Shown: positions 1 through 8,379, counted from the first letter of the stretch. The stretch: DNA of 32,000 nt from Pyrobaculum aerophilum str. IM2 (GCF_000007225.1 NC_003364.1:210001-242000), one strand, 5' to 3'. Numbers and translations: made by a program. The notes: a model not told the origin generated them from the letters alone.

Positions 1-6
1 TACGCC

Positions 7-17
7 TTTTTAAAAAA
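7..17 (+). promoter_or_regulatory. TATA-like box TTTTTAAAAAA, 27 nt upstream of the GTG at 34
   Basis: This is an isolated A/T box in GC-rich sequence. The identical 13-mer CTTTTTAAAAAAC recurs at 7598-7610, again 27 nt before a start codon. The spacing fits archaeal leaderless transcription. Confidence 0.45.
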
Positions 18-33
18 CTTTAAGGCAGTCCCA

Positions 34-216
34 GTGCTCCTTTTTGACTACGACGTCATTGAGACAAATATCGACAAGAGGGTCATTCTACAAGCGGCAT
101 ACTCAGGCCGCCTCCTCCCGCCGAAGACCACGTGGCACACATACCGAGGCCGACACATTTCCCAAATACCCACTATAGACGTCCCAATAGCCAAACTCCT
201 CAAATCCCAGCTGTAA
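34..216 (+). CDS. Small hypothetical protein (60 aa)
   Basis: The ORF has a GTG start at the expected distance from the TATA-like box. I recognised no family. Confidence 0.3.
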   Translation: MLLFDYDVIETNIDKRVILQAAYSGRLLPPKTTWHTYRGRHISQIPTIDVPIAKLLKSQL

Positions 217-546
217 AATCCCTAAGGGCTTTACCGCAACTAACGCCGGGGCTGGACCGGCAATCAGCCGCCTATTTATCGCTGAACGCCCTATCAGTGA
301 AATCTCGCTGTGCTGTAAGCCTTAGATCAACGCCGGCTAACTGTCCGTCGGGAGTAATGCGGGCTTGCCAGGGGGCTCAGCTTAGAAGCACGGAGTTTAG
401 GTAGTATAGTCGCCGAGATCACCTTGTGTGGAGCAACGCGTCGTGGCTCATACAGCTTCTCCCCCGCGCAACTCTGGCGGCGTCCCGGGCCGTGTAAACT
501 GCGCCGGAAATAATACTGGATGTCGCTGTCAGTGCCGGCGCCCCTT

Positions 547-1011
547 TTACCAGTCCAGCCCTTTTATTGCCTTATTGCCTAAGTTGTAGTAATGCTTCTC
601 GGCGTCTAGCCTTGTTATGAGGTGGAAGATGTCTCTTAGTGAGGGGTGCCAGTAATTCCCCGTGGCAATAACGTGGCTCTCCACGCCTTCCAGCTTTTTC
701 AACTCGTCGCGGCTTATTAACCCCTGTCTTATTGCGTATAAAACCTCGTCGAGAATTATCACGTCATACCGCCCGGCGGCGTCAACGGCGTATTGAAGCG
801 CCGCCTTTGGGCTTTTCAACTCGGTGAGATACACTGCATCTATCCCGAGCCTTTTCATGGCTTTATACTCCCCCACCTCCTCGCCCATGTAATAGGGCGT
901 TTTCATAACTCCGACATAAAGTATCCTCATGCCGTGGCCGTAGGCTCTGAGGGCTGTGCCCAACGCCGCCGTGGTCTTCCCCTTGCCCGGCCCGTGGAAA
1001 GCCAGCCTCAT
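547..1011 (-). CDS. cobO: Cob(I)yrinic acid a,c-diamide / cob(I)alamin adenosyltransferase (CobA/CobO/BtuR family)
   Basis: The N-terminal P-loop HGPGKGKTTAALG, the DEVLYA segment and the C-terminal KH..N.G.KAIKGLDW are typical of the BtuR/CobO family. The gene sits in a cobalamin gene cluster. Confidence 0.85.
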   Translation of the reverse strand: MRLAFHGPGKGKTTAALGTALRAYGHGMRILYVGVMKTPYYMGEEVGEYKAMKRLGIDAVYLTELKSPKAALQYAVDAAGRYDVIILDEVLYAIRQGLISRDELKKLEGVESHVIATGNYWHPSLRDIFHLITRLDAEKHYYNLGNKAIKGLDW

Positions 1012-1039
1012 GCCTTTTAGAGATTTGGCGATAAAATAC

Positions 1040-2044
1040 CTAACGGCCGTAGATCCTCTCGTAGAGCCTGAGATATACCCCCGCCAAAAGGGCTGAGAGC
1101 ACGTCGTCTCTAAACATTTCCAGCTCCGGAATGCCGCCGTCTTTTTTCACTCTCTCCACCCAGTAAGTAGTCAACACCGCCTTAAACCCCCCGATATAGT
1201 CCGCCAGGGCCGCGCCTAAAAGCTCGTCGATAATTATCCTGGGAGTATCTGCCGAGTGCTCATCGGGAGCCAGCCCCGGGATGCCGCCAGAGGTTGCGTG
1301 GGCGTCTAGCTCAGCGGCGGCGATTAACAGCGCCCAGACGTTTGGGTCTTTTAACAGCTCTTCCAGCGCCGATAAGATCTCCTCTTCGCCAGCAGGGAGC
1401 GGGGCCTTTTCAAAAAGCCTTTTCACCAGCCCGGCGAATTCGCGCCTTGAGAGGCCGAAAATCCTCTGAAATAAGTCATACCTATCCCCCGCCCGCACTG
1501 CTTTATACACAAGCCTCGCCGCAGTCTGCCCCAGCTCTGTGGCCGGGCCCGCGTAGTGCTCCCCGTCGCCTTCCTGCGCCAGTATAGCCACAGCGTCAGT
1601 GACCGTGCCTGGGCTTCTCCTCCCGTTACACCTCAGCAAGGAGTCCACCGCGGCGAGGGCCTTAGCCTCTGTCGCAGTTCTTAAAAGGTCGGCCATGCCC
1701 CATTTAGACAAAGGCCTATTCACAACTACTGCCACGTTTATCGTGCCTATACAAGTCTGGGGTGTCATGGCCACGGTCGCCGCCACTTTCACGTCCCCCT
1801 CGGAGAGAGACACAAAGGAGTCGGGCAACTCCGCCGCGGTGAAGAAAACCACCGCCTCCAGGCCCAGATCATCCCTCACCTTGGAGGCGTCTTGCAAGAA
1901 ATCCCCGCAATAGTCCTTAGGGACTTGCACAAAGGCCACGGCCTCGGCGTAGTCCGGCGACGGGACTGTGGAAAGAACCTTATACCTATTGCCCAGCTTC
2001 GCCAGCACTAGCCCCTTCCTCTCTTCAATTAACATTTCCCGCAA
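1040..2044 (-). CDS. cbiZ: Adenosylcobinamide amidohydrolase CbiZ with a C-terminal PgpA/CobZ-like (alpha-ribazole phosphatase-like) extension
   Basis: The CbiZ-like core contains GTINVAVVVN...LLRTATEAKALAAVD...SPGTVTDAVAI. The C-terminal ~130 aa carry PgpA-type motifs: DTPRIIIDELLG and FRDDVLSALLAG. The gene overlaps the 3' end of cobT by 20 nt. Confidence 0.7.
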   Translation of the reverse strand: MREMLIEERKGLVLAKLGNRYKVLSTVPSPDYAEAVAFVQVPKDYCGDFLQDASKVRDDLGLEAVVFFTAAELPDSFVSLSEGDVKVAATVAMTPQTCIGTINVAVVVNRPLSKWGMADLLRTATEAKALAAVDSLLRCNGRRSPGTVTDAVAILAQEGDGEHYAGPATELGQTAARLVYKAVRAGDRYDLFQRIFGLSRREFAGLVKRLFEKAPLPAGEEEILSALEELLKDPNVWALLIAAAELDAHATSGGIPGLAPDEHSADTPRIIIDELLGAALADYIGGFKAVLTTYWVERVKKDGGIPELEMFRDDVLSALLAGVYLRLYERIYGR

Positions 2045-3071
2045 CCCCAGCGGATAATAGCCTCTCGTACTCTGCCTCCACTAGTCTGAGCACGTCCTTG
2101 CCCTTACTCAGCGCGTAAAATAACGCGCCTCCCATCGCCACGCCCTCTTTAACAGCGCCTCTTTCATAGGCCCTTAAGCCCTCGTATTTAGAGCCGGCAA
2201 AACTGACGCCGGCAATATACACGTTCTTCACGCCGACTATTTCCATGAGGCCCATGAAATCAGCCGACTTATCCTCGGCAATCCACCTAGTGGTGGCCAC
2301 GTGTAATTTCGCCAGATCTCCACCCAGTCCCTTGTATAAAGCGGCGGCTGCCGCCATTTGAGTGCCTCCCGCCAGCACTGGCACTCCGCCGCATTCCGAA
2401 ACGCCTAGGGCAATGGCGGCTACTGCCAAATGCACGGGGTCTCCCATTTCGCAAACAGCCTCAAGGGGTTTAAGCGGCGCGGACACTCTCCTAAGGCCCT
2501 CTTTAACCACGGCGATTTTAAGCTCTTTAGGGTTATTAGGCGAGGCGGAGCTGGTCCTCCCCCAGGCGTCGTAGCCCATGGCCACAAGTATAGCCATTGC
2601 GGTGGTGGTGCCCCCCGGTATTGACTCGCCTATGTATATACAGCCGAGACGCCCCAGCTCACAGCCCAGGGCCCTGCCTCTCTCCAAGATATTTCTAGCG
2701 GCTTCGCAACTCAAGGCTGGGCCTCTGCGGAAGTCACGCCCCGGCTCGCCGCCTAAATCCACATAGGGCACTTTAGGCGTAATTCTAGACCCTGCGTTTA
2801 CCACTAGCTTGGCAACTTCTCCCGCCACGGCTCTTGTTACTAAAGCCGGCGTTGGGATGCCCTCGGGAGTTACTGGGATGACCTCCATAGTTTTGGGCAT
2901 TCCCAAGAGCAGGTATTCCACGTCCAGGGCCGGGGTGTAGTGAGTTAACTCCGGCGAGGCCCCCGCCACTGAAATGCCGGGGATTAGCGATATGTCTGTA
3001 GTGCCGATAACTATGGCCATTATCTGGGGCTCTAGTTTCATAAGCTGGTTAAAAATCCACTTTTTAAACAT
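2025..3071 (-). CDS. cobT: Archaeal-type nicotinate-nucleotide:dimethylbenzimidazole phosphoribosyltransferase (UPF0284/CobT family)
   Basis: Motifs IGTTDISLIPGISVAGASPELTHYTPALDVEYL and GESIPGGTTTAMAIL resemble the archaeal CobT/UPF0284 family. The gene is in an operon with cbiZ and cobO. Confidence 0.75.
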   Translation of the reverse strand: MFKKWIFNQLMKLEPQIMAIVIGTTDISLIPGISVAGASPELTHYTPALDVEYLLLGMPKTMEVIPVTPEGIPTPALVTRAVAGEVAKLVVNAGSRITPKVPYVDLGGEPGRDFRRGPALSCEAARNILERGRALGCELGRLGCIYIGESIPGGTTTAMAILVAMGYDAWGRTSSASPNNPKELKIAVVKEGLRRVSAPLKPLEAVCEMGDPVHLAVAAIALGVSECGGVPVLAGGTQMAAAAALYKGLGGDLAKLHVATTRWIAEDKSADFMGLMEIVGVKNVYIAGVSFAGSKYEGLRAYERGAVKEGVAMGGALFYALSKGKDVLRLVEAEYERLLSAGVAGNVN

Positions 3072-3288
3072 TTCCTCTGCGAGCCATCATAAGCTGGGCA
3101 AAACTCGTTTAAATGGAAATGCAGTTAAAGCGGCCGGCGTACCAATCTGGGCCAGCACCCAGCTCCACTTAACACAGCAAACACAACCGCGCCTTAATGG
3201 CAGTTCGCAACGGCAAATGCTTATATATTGGTTTTTCTTCCCCTTTTTATGGAATTTTTGAAGAAAGGGTTATCGCAAAGGCGTCGAT

Positions 3289-3894
3289 ATGAAAGTGGCT
3301 TTTTACAGCGGCGGTAAAGATAGCGTATATGCCGCGTTGAGAGAGTGGCCTGTTGACATGTTTATATTCTTACTGTACCAATTCCCCAGGCCCTCGCCGC
3401 ATTTAATGAACATGAACTTCGCCGTGAGGCTTGGGTCGGGAATGGCCCCGGTCTTGGTGTACCAATTGGAGAGGGGGCGCGAATTTCAACAAAAGGCCGA
3501 GTTGCTGAGGAGGCTTGGGGCGGATATAATTGTGGCTGGGGATGTGGACGTCGAGGAGCATTTAAGATATATGGAGAGGCTTGCCGGCGAGGTTGGCGCC
3601 GTCCTAAAAGAGCCGCTGTGGGGCATGGATCACTACGAGCTGTTGGCTAGGGAAGTGGAGGAGCTGGAGTTCATAGTCATTGGGTCCAGCAAAAGGGAGT
3701 TGCTCTGCAGACGGGTTCGTAGGGAGAATTTTCAAGAATTCGCCTCGGCGGCAAGGGCGCTGGGGATAGACGTCTTGGGGGAGTACGGCGAGTATCACAG
3801 CCAAGTTGTGTCAGTCAGCAAGTTCGGAATTAGTCTAAACCCGACGTGTAAAGAGGTTGTGGAATTCGACGGGTATAGCATTGCGCTGATATGA
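3289..3894 (+). CDS. PP-loop ATP pyrophosphatase, DUF71/MJ0570 (diphthine-ammonia ligase-like) family
   Basis: The N-terminal PP-loop is AFYSGGKDS, and the size and layout resemble the MJ0570 family. An ATGA stop/start overlap joins it to the next gene. Confidence 0.6.
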   Translation: MKVAFYSGGKDSVYAALREWPVDMFIFLLYQFPRPSPHLMNMNFAVRLGSGMAPVLVYQLERGREFQQKAELLRRLGADIIVAGDVDVEEHLRYMERLAGEVGAVLKEPLWGMDHYELLAREVEELEFIVIGSSKRELLCRRVRRENFQEFASAARALGIDVLGEYGEYHSQVVSVSKFGISLNPTCKEVVEFDGYSIALI

Positions 3895-4715
3895 TTGAGT
3901 TGCTGGCGAAGTACTCCGACTGCAACGCCGTGCTTTTCTCAGGGGGGATAGACTCCACCCTTGTTCTGACGGCGGCAGTCAAGAGGGGGCTGATGCCTTT
4001 GGCCGTGCACGTCGCTATGAGGAATTGCGGCGTGGATACTAAATACGCGGTGTCTGTCGCGGCGAAGCTAGGCGTCCCGCTGGCGGTGAGGCTTATGGAT
4101 TTGGAAGAGGCCTTGGGCGCGTTGCCAAAAGTCGTTAAGATTTTAGGCCTTTTCAACCCCATGGAGGTGGTTAACTGCGCCGTGGTTTACTTCGGCTTAG
4201 AAAAGGCATTGGAGCTAGGCGCTAAGAGAGTGTGTACTGGCGATGGCGGGGACGAGCTCTTCCTGGGCTACAGCTTCTTCCAGAGGTATAGCCCCGGGGA
4301 ATTAGACAGAGTTAGGAGACGCGTTGTCTCCCGGTGGTATTTCTGTAGTTTTGACCTGGGCAGGTCCCTGGGGGTTGAGGTCGTCGCGCCTTTCACAGCA
4401 CAGGAAGTGGTTGAGCTAGCCTTATCGCTCAGCCCCGTGGAAGTCCTGGGGAAAAAGCCCCTTAGGGACGTCCTAAGGGGGTATTTCCCCGAGGTGGCCG
4501 AAAGGGAAAAGACGCCCCTGGAGAGGGGGTCGTGTTTTGACAGACTTTACGGCGAGATGAGACAAAGGGCAGGAGACGAAGTGGAATACTTGAAGTCGCT
4601 GTTCAAAGAACTGGGTCTGTCATACCCCACCTCCCCAAGGGGATGTCCCAGATGCGGCTATGCCTATTTTGACGGGAGTTATTGCCGTATGTGCGGCTAT
4701 GCACGGGGGAAGTAG
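3891..4715 (+). CDS. Asparagine-synthetase-domain-like PP-loop ATPase with a C-terminal zinc ribbon
   Basis: The PP-loop is LFSGGIDST, with TGDGGDELFLGY downstream. The C-terminal pairs CPRCG...CRMCG form a zinc ribbon. Confidence 0.6.
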   Translation: MIELLAKYSDCNAVLFSGGIDSTLVLTAAVKRGLMPLAVHVAMRNCGVDTKYAVSVAAKLGVPLAVRLMDLEEALGALPKVVKILGLFNPMEVVNCAVVYFGLEKALELGAKRVCTGDGGDELFLGYSFFQRYSPGELDRVRRRVVSRWYFCSFDLGRSLGVEVVAPFTAQEVVELALSLSPVEVLGKKPLRDVLRGYFPEVAEREKTPLERGSCFDRLYGEMRQRAGDEVEYLKSLFKELGLSYPTSPRGCPRCGYAYFDGSYCRMCGYARGK

Positions 4716-5607
4716 CTGGGCCGATCCCCCAGTTCCCGACTTCTCCGATAATTCAAACCCTCTGGGCCCGCCGCGTGAGCTAATACGCCTCGTGAAGGAG
4801 GCTGTTGAGCGCATGGCCTATCTCAAATTCCCCGCCAATCTCGTGGAGGAGGCGCTTTCGGAATATGAAGGAGTGGAGGTGACGGCTTTTAACGGAGCAA
4901 CGGAGGCATTGACTGTCCTCCTCGCGTCGCTTAGGCCGAGGAGGGTGTTGATAGAATGGCCTAATTATACAGACTACGGGAGAATCGCAGAGCTCATCGG
5001 CGCGGAGTACGTATACGTCGATAACTTCAACTCGGCGGGGCCGGGGGACGTTGTCATAATCTCTAACCCCAACAACCCCACGGGGAGGCTTAGGAAGAGG
5101 GAGGAAGTGTTGGACTTGGCTGGGCAATTAGAGAGGAGGGGCGCGGTGCTTGTCGTAGACGAGTCGTTTATAGACTTCACCTCCGAGCCCTCCGCCGCGC
5201 CGGATGTCTTGGTGGTTAAGTCGTACGGCAAGTTTCTGGCGGCGCCGGGACTGAGGCTTGGGGGGATTCTGGGGAGGGTTAGGGGGGCGTTAAAAGCCCC
5301 GTGGAGGGTGAACTCCATAGCGGACTACGCCGTTTTTCACCTCGGGGCCAGCGCCATGAGGCGGCATCGAGAGGCCACGGTTAAATATGTCGCAGAGGAG
5401 TCCCCGAGAGTCCAGAGAGAGTTGGGCAAATGCGCCTCAGTAGTGCCGTCGCCAGTCCACTTCTTTATAGTCAAGGGCCCTATGCCGCAGGGAGTGAAGG
5501 TTAGGCCTTTAACCACCCACGGAATTGAGGGGGCGTACAGAGTCTCTATTAAAACTAGGGAGTTAAACGACGTCCTCATCAAAGCTGTGTGCCGTGAGGT
5601 GTCTTAA
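4660..5607 (+). CDS. cobD: L-threonine-O-3-phosphate decarboxylase-like class I/II aminotransferase (CobD type)
   Basis: The motifs DFSDNSNPLGPP, NPNNPTG, VVDESF and SYGKFLAAPGLRLGG (PLP lysine region) are present, and the gene lies in a cobalamin cluster. The true start may be the in-frame ATG at 4699. Confidence 0.7.
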   Translation: MPILTGVIAVCAAMHGGSSWADPPVPDFSDNSNPLGPPRELIRLVKEAVERMAYLKFPANLVEEALSEYEGVEVTAFNGATEALTVLLASLRPRRVLIEWPNYTDYGRIAELIGAEYVYVDNFNSAGPGDVVIISNPNNPTGRLRKREEVLDLAGQLERRGAVLVVDESFIDFTSEPSAAPDVLVVKSYGKFLAAPGLRLGGILGRVRGALKAPWRVNSIADYAVFHLGASAMRRHREATVKYVAEESPRVQRELGKCASVVPSPVHFFIVKGPMPQGVKVRPLTTHGIEGAYRVSIKTRELNDVLIKAVCREVS

Positions 5608-6268
5608 GTCCCTCCTGGCGTTTTTCACTGCATTTCCCATAGGCGGCGCCGAGCTGAGTTTTAAATGCGTCTGGGCGCTTCCGTATGTGGCGGCGCCTAT
5701 AATTGCGGCTATTCCCACAACGCTGTTATACCTCGGGGCAAGCCCGGCAATTGCCTACATCGCCCTACTAGCCGCCACGGGTCTCCACCATTTAGACGGG
5801 CTTGCAGATGTAGGGGACGCATTGCTAGTTAGAGACAGAGAGGCGGCCCGGAGGGTGCTGGAAGACCCCAGGCGGGGGACTGGAGGCATATTTGCCGTGA
5901 CAGCCGTTGTGGTCACAACGGCGGCTCATCTCCACAGCCCCCTTCAATTACTCCTAGGCGAGGTGTTCTCCAAGTCTACCGCGTTATTATTCGCCGGGTT
6001 CAGCAAGAGCTTTAAGCCAGGCCTTGGAGAGGCTTTCACCGAGGCGGCTAAACGGCAGTGGCCTGCGGCTCTGCCAGCTCTGGCAGTCCTCGCCTATTTA
6101 GCCCCCGTGACAACAGCCGTGTCTCTCGCCACGTCAGCCCTACTCTACCAATTGGCGTATAGACATTTAGGAGGCGCCAACGGCGACGTCTACGGCTATT
6201 TGTTGGAAGTTTCTAGATCGGCGTTTGTAATTTGGTCGGCATATGTGCCTGTGCCGACGGCTTTCTGA
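5594..6268 (+). CDS. cobS: Adenosylcobinamide-GDP ribazoletransferase (cobalamin synthase)
   Basis: This is a polytopic membrane protein with the signature GLHHLDGLADVGDAL. It overlaps both cobD and cbiB. Confidence 0.85.
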   Translation: MRCLKSLLAFFTAFPIGGAELSFKCVWALPYVAAPIIAAIPTTLLYLGASPAIAYIALLAATGLHHLDGLADVGDALLVRDREAARRVLEDPRRGTGGIFAVTAVVVTTAAHLHSPLQLLLGEVFSKSTALLFAGFSKSFKPGLGEAFTEAAKRQWPAALPALAVLAYLAPVTTAVSLATSALLYQLAYRHLGGANGDVYGYLLEVSRSAFVIWSAYVPVPTAF

Positions 6269-7214
6269 GGCCTGTATAGCAGTCGCCATAAGCGCTGCGC
6301 TTCTCGCCGCAAAGCCCGGGTGTTTATTTTCGCGGGCCTTCTGCCCAGACCCCCTGGCACTGGCGGTGGCACTGGCCCTCGAGGCTTTAGACAGGCCAAG
6401 GCTGTGGAGAGGACATTTAGTCACAAACCTAATACCGCCGCAGATACACCCCGTTTCTCTAGTATTTAAAACGGGAGCTAGGCTAATAGGCAGAGGCGGG
6501 TTGCTGAGGGGCGTGTTGGTGCTAATAACGACCTCACTTCCTTTAACCGCCGCGGCAGTTCTTTACGGATTGGCGAGAGGGGACGGGATATTGTGGAGCG
6601 TATTAGAGGGGTATCTGCTCAAACTCTCCTTTTCTATTACCCACATCACATACGGGTGCTTGATGGGATATGACGGCGGGATAGCGTGCGCCGTAGTGAA
6701 GGAGTTCGTCCGCAGAGACTTATCTGGATGCGAAAAAGGCCTCGTCAACAGCGCCTGTATAGAAACCGCGGCGGAGAGCCTTGTTGACTCATTCGCCTCC
6801 ACGCTTTTTTGGTACGGCCTCCTCGGGCTGCCGGGGGCTTGGCTTCAACGCTCTGTCAACACCGCGGACGGGCTCGTGGGCTTTAGACAATACGGCCCGC
6901 TTGGCCTCCCCTCCGCCCTCGCGGACACTCTCATGAACTTCTTGCCGGCGCGGCTCACGTCCTTTTTTCTGCTGGGCGTGGGCGGGTTACGCGCGCCTCA
7001 CGCGCTGTGTCGTATGGAGAGAGTGGAGAGTATTAACGCCCGGTGGCCACTAGCCTCTATCGCCGTAGTTCTCGCAGTTAAGCTAGAAAAAGCGGGCTAC
7101 TATAGTATAGAGGGAGGGGGTTATCCCCAAGACATTGACGTTTACAACGCCTTGAGACTTGTAAATAACACAGCTCTGGCAATAGCCACATTCACAATAC
7201 TAGCAGTGTTGTAG
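6243..7214 (+). CDS. cbiB: Adenosylcobinamide-phosphate synthase (CbiB/CobD membrane protein)
   Basis: This is a membrane protein with CbiB-like segments ETAAESLVDS and NTADGLVGFR...ALADTLMNFLPARLT. Confidence 0.8.
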   Translation: MCLCRRLSEACIAVAISAALLAAKPGCLFSRAFCPDPLALAVALALEALDRPRLWRGHLVTNLIPPQIHPVSLVFKTGARLIGRGGLLRGVLVLITTSLPLTAAAVLYGLARGDGILWSVLEGYLLKLSFSITHITYGCLMGYDGGIACAVVKEFVRRDLSGCEKGLVNSACIETAAESLVDSFASTLFWYGLLGLPGAWLQRSVNTADGLVGFRQYGPLGLPSALADTLMNFLPARLTSFFLLGVGGLRAPHALCRMERVESINARWPLASIAVVLAVKLEKAGYYSIEGGGYPQDIDVYNALRLVNNTALAIATFTILAVL

Positions 7215-7432
7215 CGTTATGCATACCCCCGCCGGCATTAACTCAAGCTTTTTCTATGCCCAGTAGATGTTGGGTATGAGATTTAAAGGAATTTGGCGGA
7301 TTTTACGACTCAGAGGTTAGAGGAGTAAGTAGTGAAAACAGCGATGTTGTCGCAGTGGAGAGGAATTGAAAGAGCACTGCCAAAAGTATTTATTAGGACA
7401 CGTATATGTAGATGTGGAATACTTAGCCCTGC

Positions 7433-7548
7433 CAGTCTCTGTGGCGGAGAGACTGCGCAAGAACGTCCCCTATTCCTCCCGGGCTCCCCAGGGACAGGGC
7501 TCCGCGCTCACTCCTCCCGCGGAGGGGCCGCCCGGGGAGCCCGGGAGG
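7433..7548. other. Two consecutive hairpins, the second with a perfect 15-bp GC-rich stem (candidate structured RNA or regulatory element)
   Basis: In the first hairpin, 7433-7440 CAGTCTCT pairs with 7448-7455 AGAGACTG. In the second, 7475-7489 CCTCCCGGGCTCCCC is the exact reverse complement of 7534-7548 GGGGAGCCCGGGAGG, and an inner 7-bp stem extends the hairpin. Confidence 0.5.
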
Positions 7549-7598
7549 GAAGGGGACATTTAGAAAGGAGTAGGTAATTCATTAAATTAAACGACGGC

Positions 7599-7609
7599 TT
7601 TTTAAAAAA
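7599..7609 (+). promoter_or_regulatory. TATA-like box TTTTTAAAAAA for the CC1-like gene
   Basis: The box lies 27 nt upstream of the ATG at 7626 and has the same 13-mer as at 6-18. Confidence 0.5.
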
Positions 7610-7625
7610 CAGCCATCTGGGAGGC

Positions 7626-7796
7626 ATGGCCAAACAAAAACTAAAGTTCTACGACATAAAAGCGAAACAGTCCTTCGAAACGGACAAATACGAGGTCATT
7701 GAGAAAGAGACGGCCCGCGGGCCGATGTTATTTGCAGTGGCAACCTCGCCGTACACTGGCATAAAGGTGTACAGACTGTTAGGCAAGAAGAAATAA
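7626..7796 (+). CDS. Small basic DNA-binding protein, CC1-like crenarchaeal chromatin protein (56 aa)
   Basis: The ORF is below the 60-aa track threshold, so I translated it by hand: MAKQKLKFYDIKAKQSFETDKYEVIEKETARGPMLFAVATSPYTGIKVYRLLGKKK. It is lysine-rich, about 6 kDa and has its own TATA box. It fits my recollection of the CC1 family of Thermoproteus/Pyrobaculum. Confidence 0.6.
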   Translation: MAKQKLKFYDIKAKQSFETDKYEVIEKETARGPMLFAVATSPYTGIKVYRLLGKKK

Positions 7797-7805
7797 ACCC
7801 CTGCC

Positions 7806-7811
7806 TTTTTT
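7806..7811 (+). terminator. Oligo-T tract (T6) after the CC1-like gene
   Basis: A TTTTTT run lies 10 nt after the stop codon. Archaeal terminators are typically oligo-T. Confidence 0.3.
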
Positions 7812-7817
7812 CTCTCC

Positions 7818-8105
7818 GTGATAGACCAAGTTTTGAGCTCTCCCACTAAGATAAAAATCCTCATTGTCCTGTGGAAATTTGGAGAAATGAACATAACAGA
7901 GCTCGTGAGGCGCGTCGGCGCGTCGCACAGAGCCACAGTACAGCAACTAAGACAATTAATTGAACACGGAGTTGTGGAGGCGAGACAGATAGGCAGAATG
8001 AGGCTGTACAGACTGCCCAACGACGAGGCGGTGCAAAAACTCGCCGAAGCCCTGGCAAGGGCGGACGAGTGGCTGGCCTCAAGCAAAGCCCAGAGACTGG
8101 CGTAG
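7818..8105 (+). CDS. ArsR/winged-helix transcriptional regulator (95 aa)
   Basis: The sequence PTKIKILIVLWKFGEMNITELVRRVGASHRATVQQLRQLIEHGVVE is a typical ArsR-type wHTH. The start is GTG. Confidence 0.7.
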   Translation: MIDQVLSSPTKIKILIVLWKFGEMNITELVRRVGASHRATVQQLRQLIEHGVVEARQIGRMRLYRLPNDEAVQKLAEALARADEWLASSKAQRLA

Positions 8106-8142
8106 ACAACTGCCAGGCCCGGGGGAGCGGGGCGCAAGGCGG

Positions 8143-8379
8143 CTACCCCCCGCATGCGGCAGAGGCGTTTAAAATCAGCTCTAGCAAAACCCCCTCGTTG
8201 TCAGGCAAGCCCCTGTGTGCAACTCCGCACACCTCAATTACAACGTCGTCGCAAACCCCGTAAACAGCCTCTGCATGTATCCCCCACTCCTCTAAAACCT
8301 CCCTGATATACCGCAGCCACTCCCTCAATGTATACACGTAATATTCAGGCCCGCAGACGGATACTCTCACGGGCCGCAC
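8143..8379 (-). CDS. Hypothetical small cysteine-containing protein (78 aa)
   Basis: The ORF lies directly downstream of the molybdoenzyme gene on the same strand. I recognised no family. Confidence 0.4.
   Translation of the reverse strand: MRPVRVSVCGPEYYVYTLREWLRYIREVLEEWGIHAEAVYGVCDDVVIEVCGVAHRGLPDNEGVLLELILNASAACGG

Noticed and set aside
217-546. Possible cobalamin riboswitch or tRNA in the ORF-poor stretch next to the cob operon, and likewise at 3072-3288
   Set aside because: I could recognise no B12-box-like element or cloverleaf. The region lies downstream of cobO, not upstream. The function is left unassigned.
7332-7577. 81-aa ORF across the cbiB/CC1 intergenic region
   Set aside because: The translation is low-complexity and G/R/A-rich, and it is created largely by the GC-rich palindrome. 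I treated the region as non-coding structure instead.
7649-8155. 168-aa minus-strand ORF
   Set aside because: It lies antisense to both the CC1-like gene and the ArsR-type regulator, which have clear motifs and promoters. It has no recognisable features of its own.
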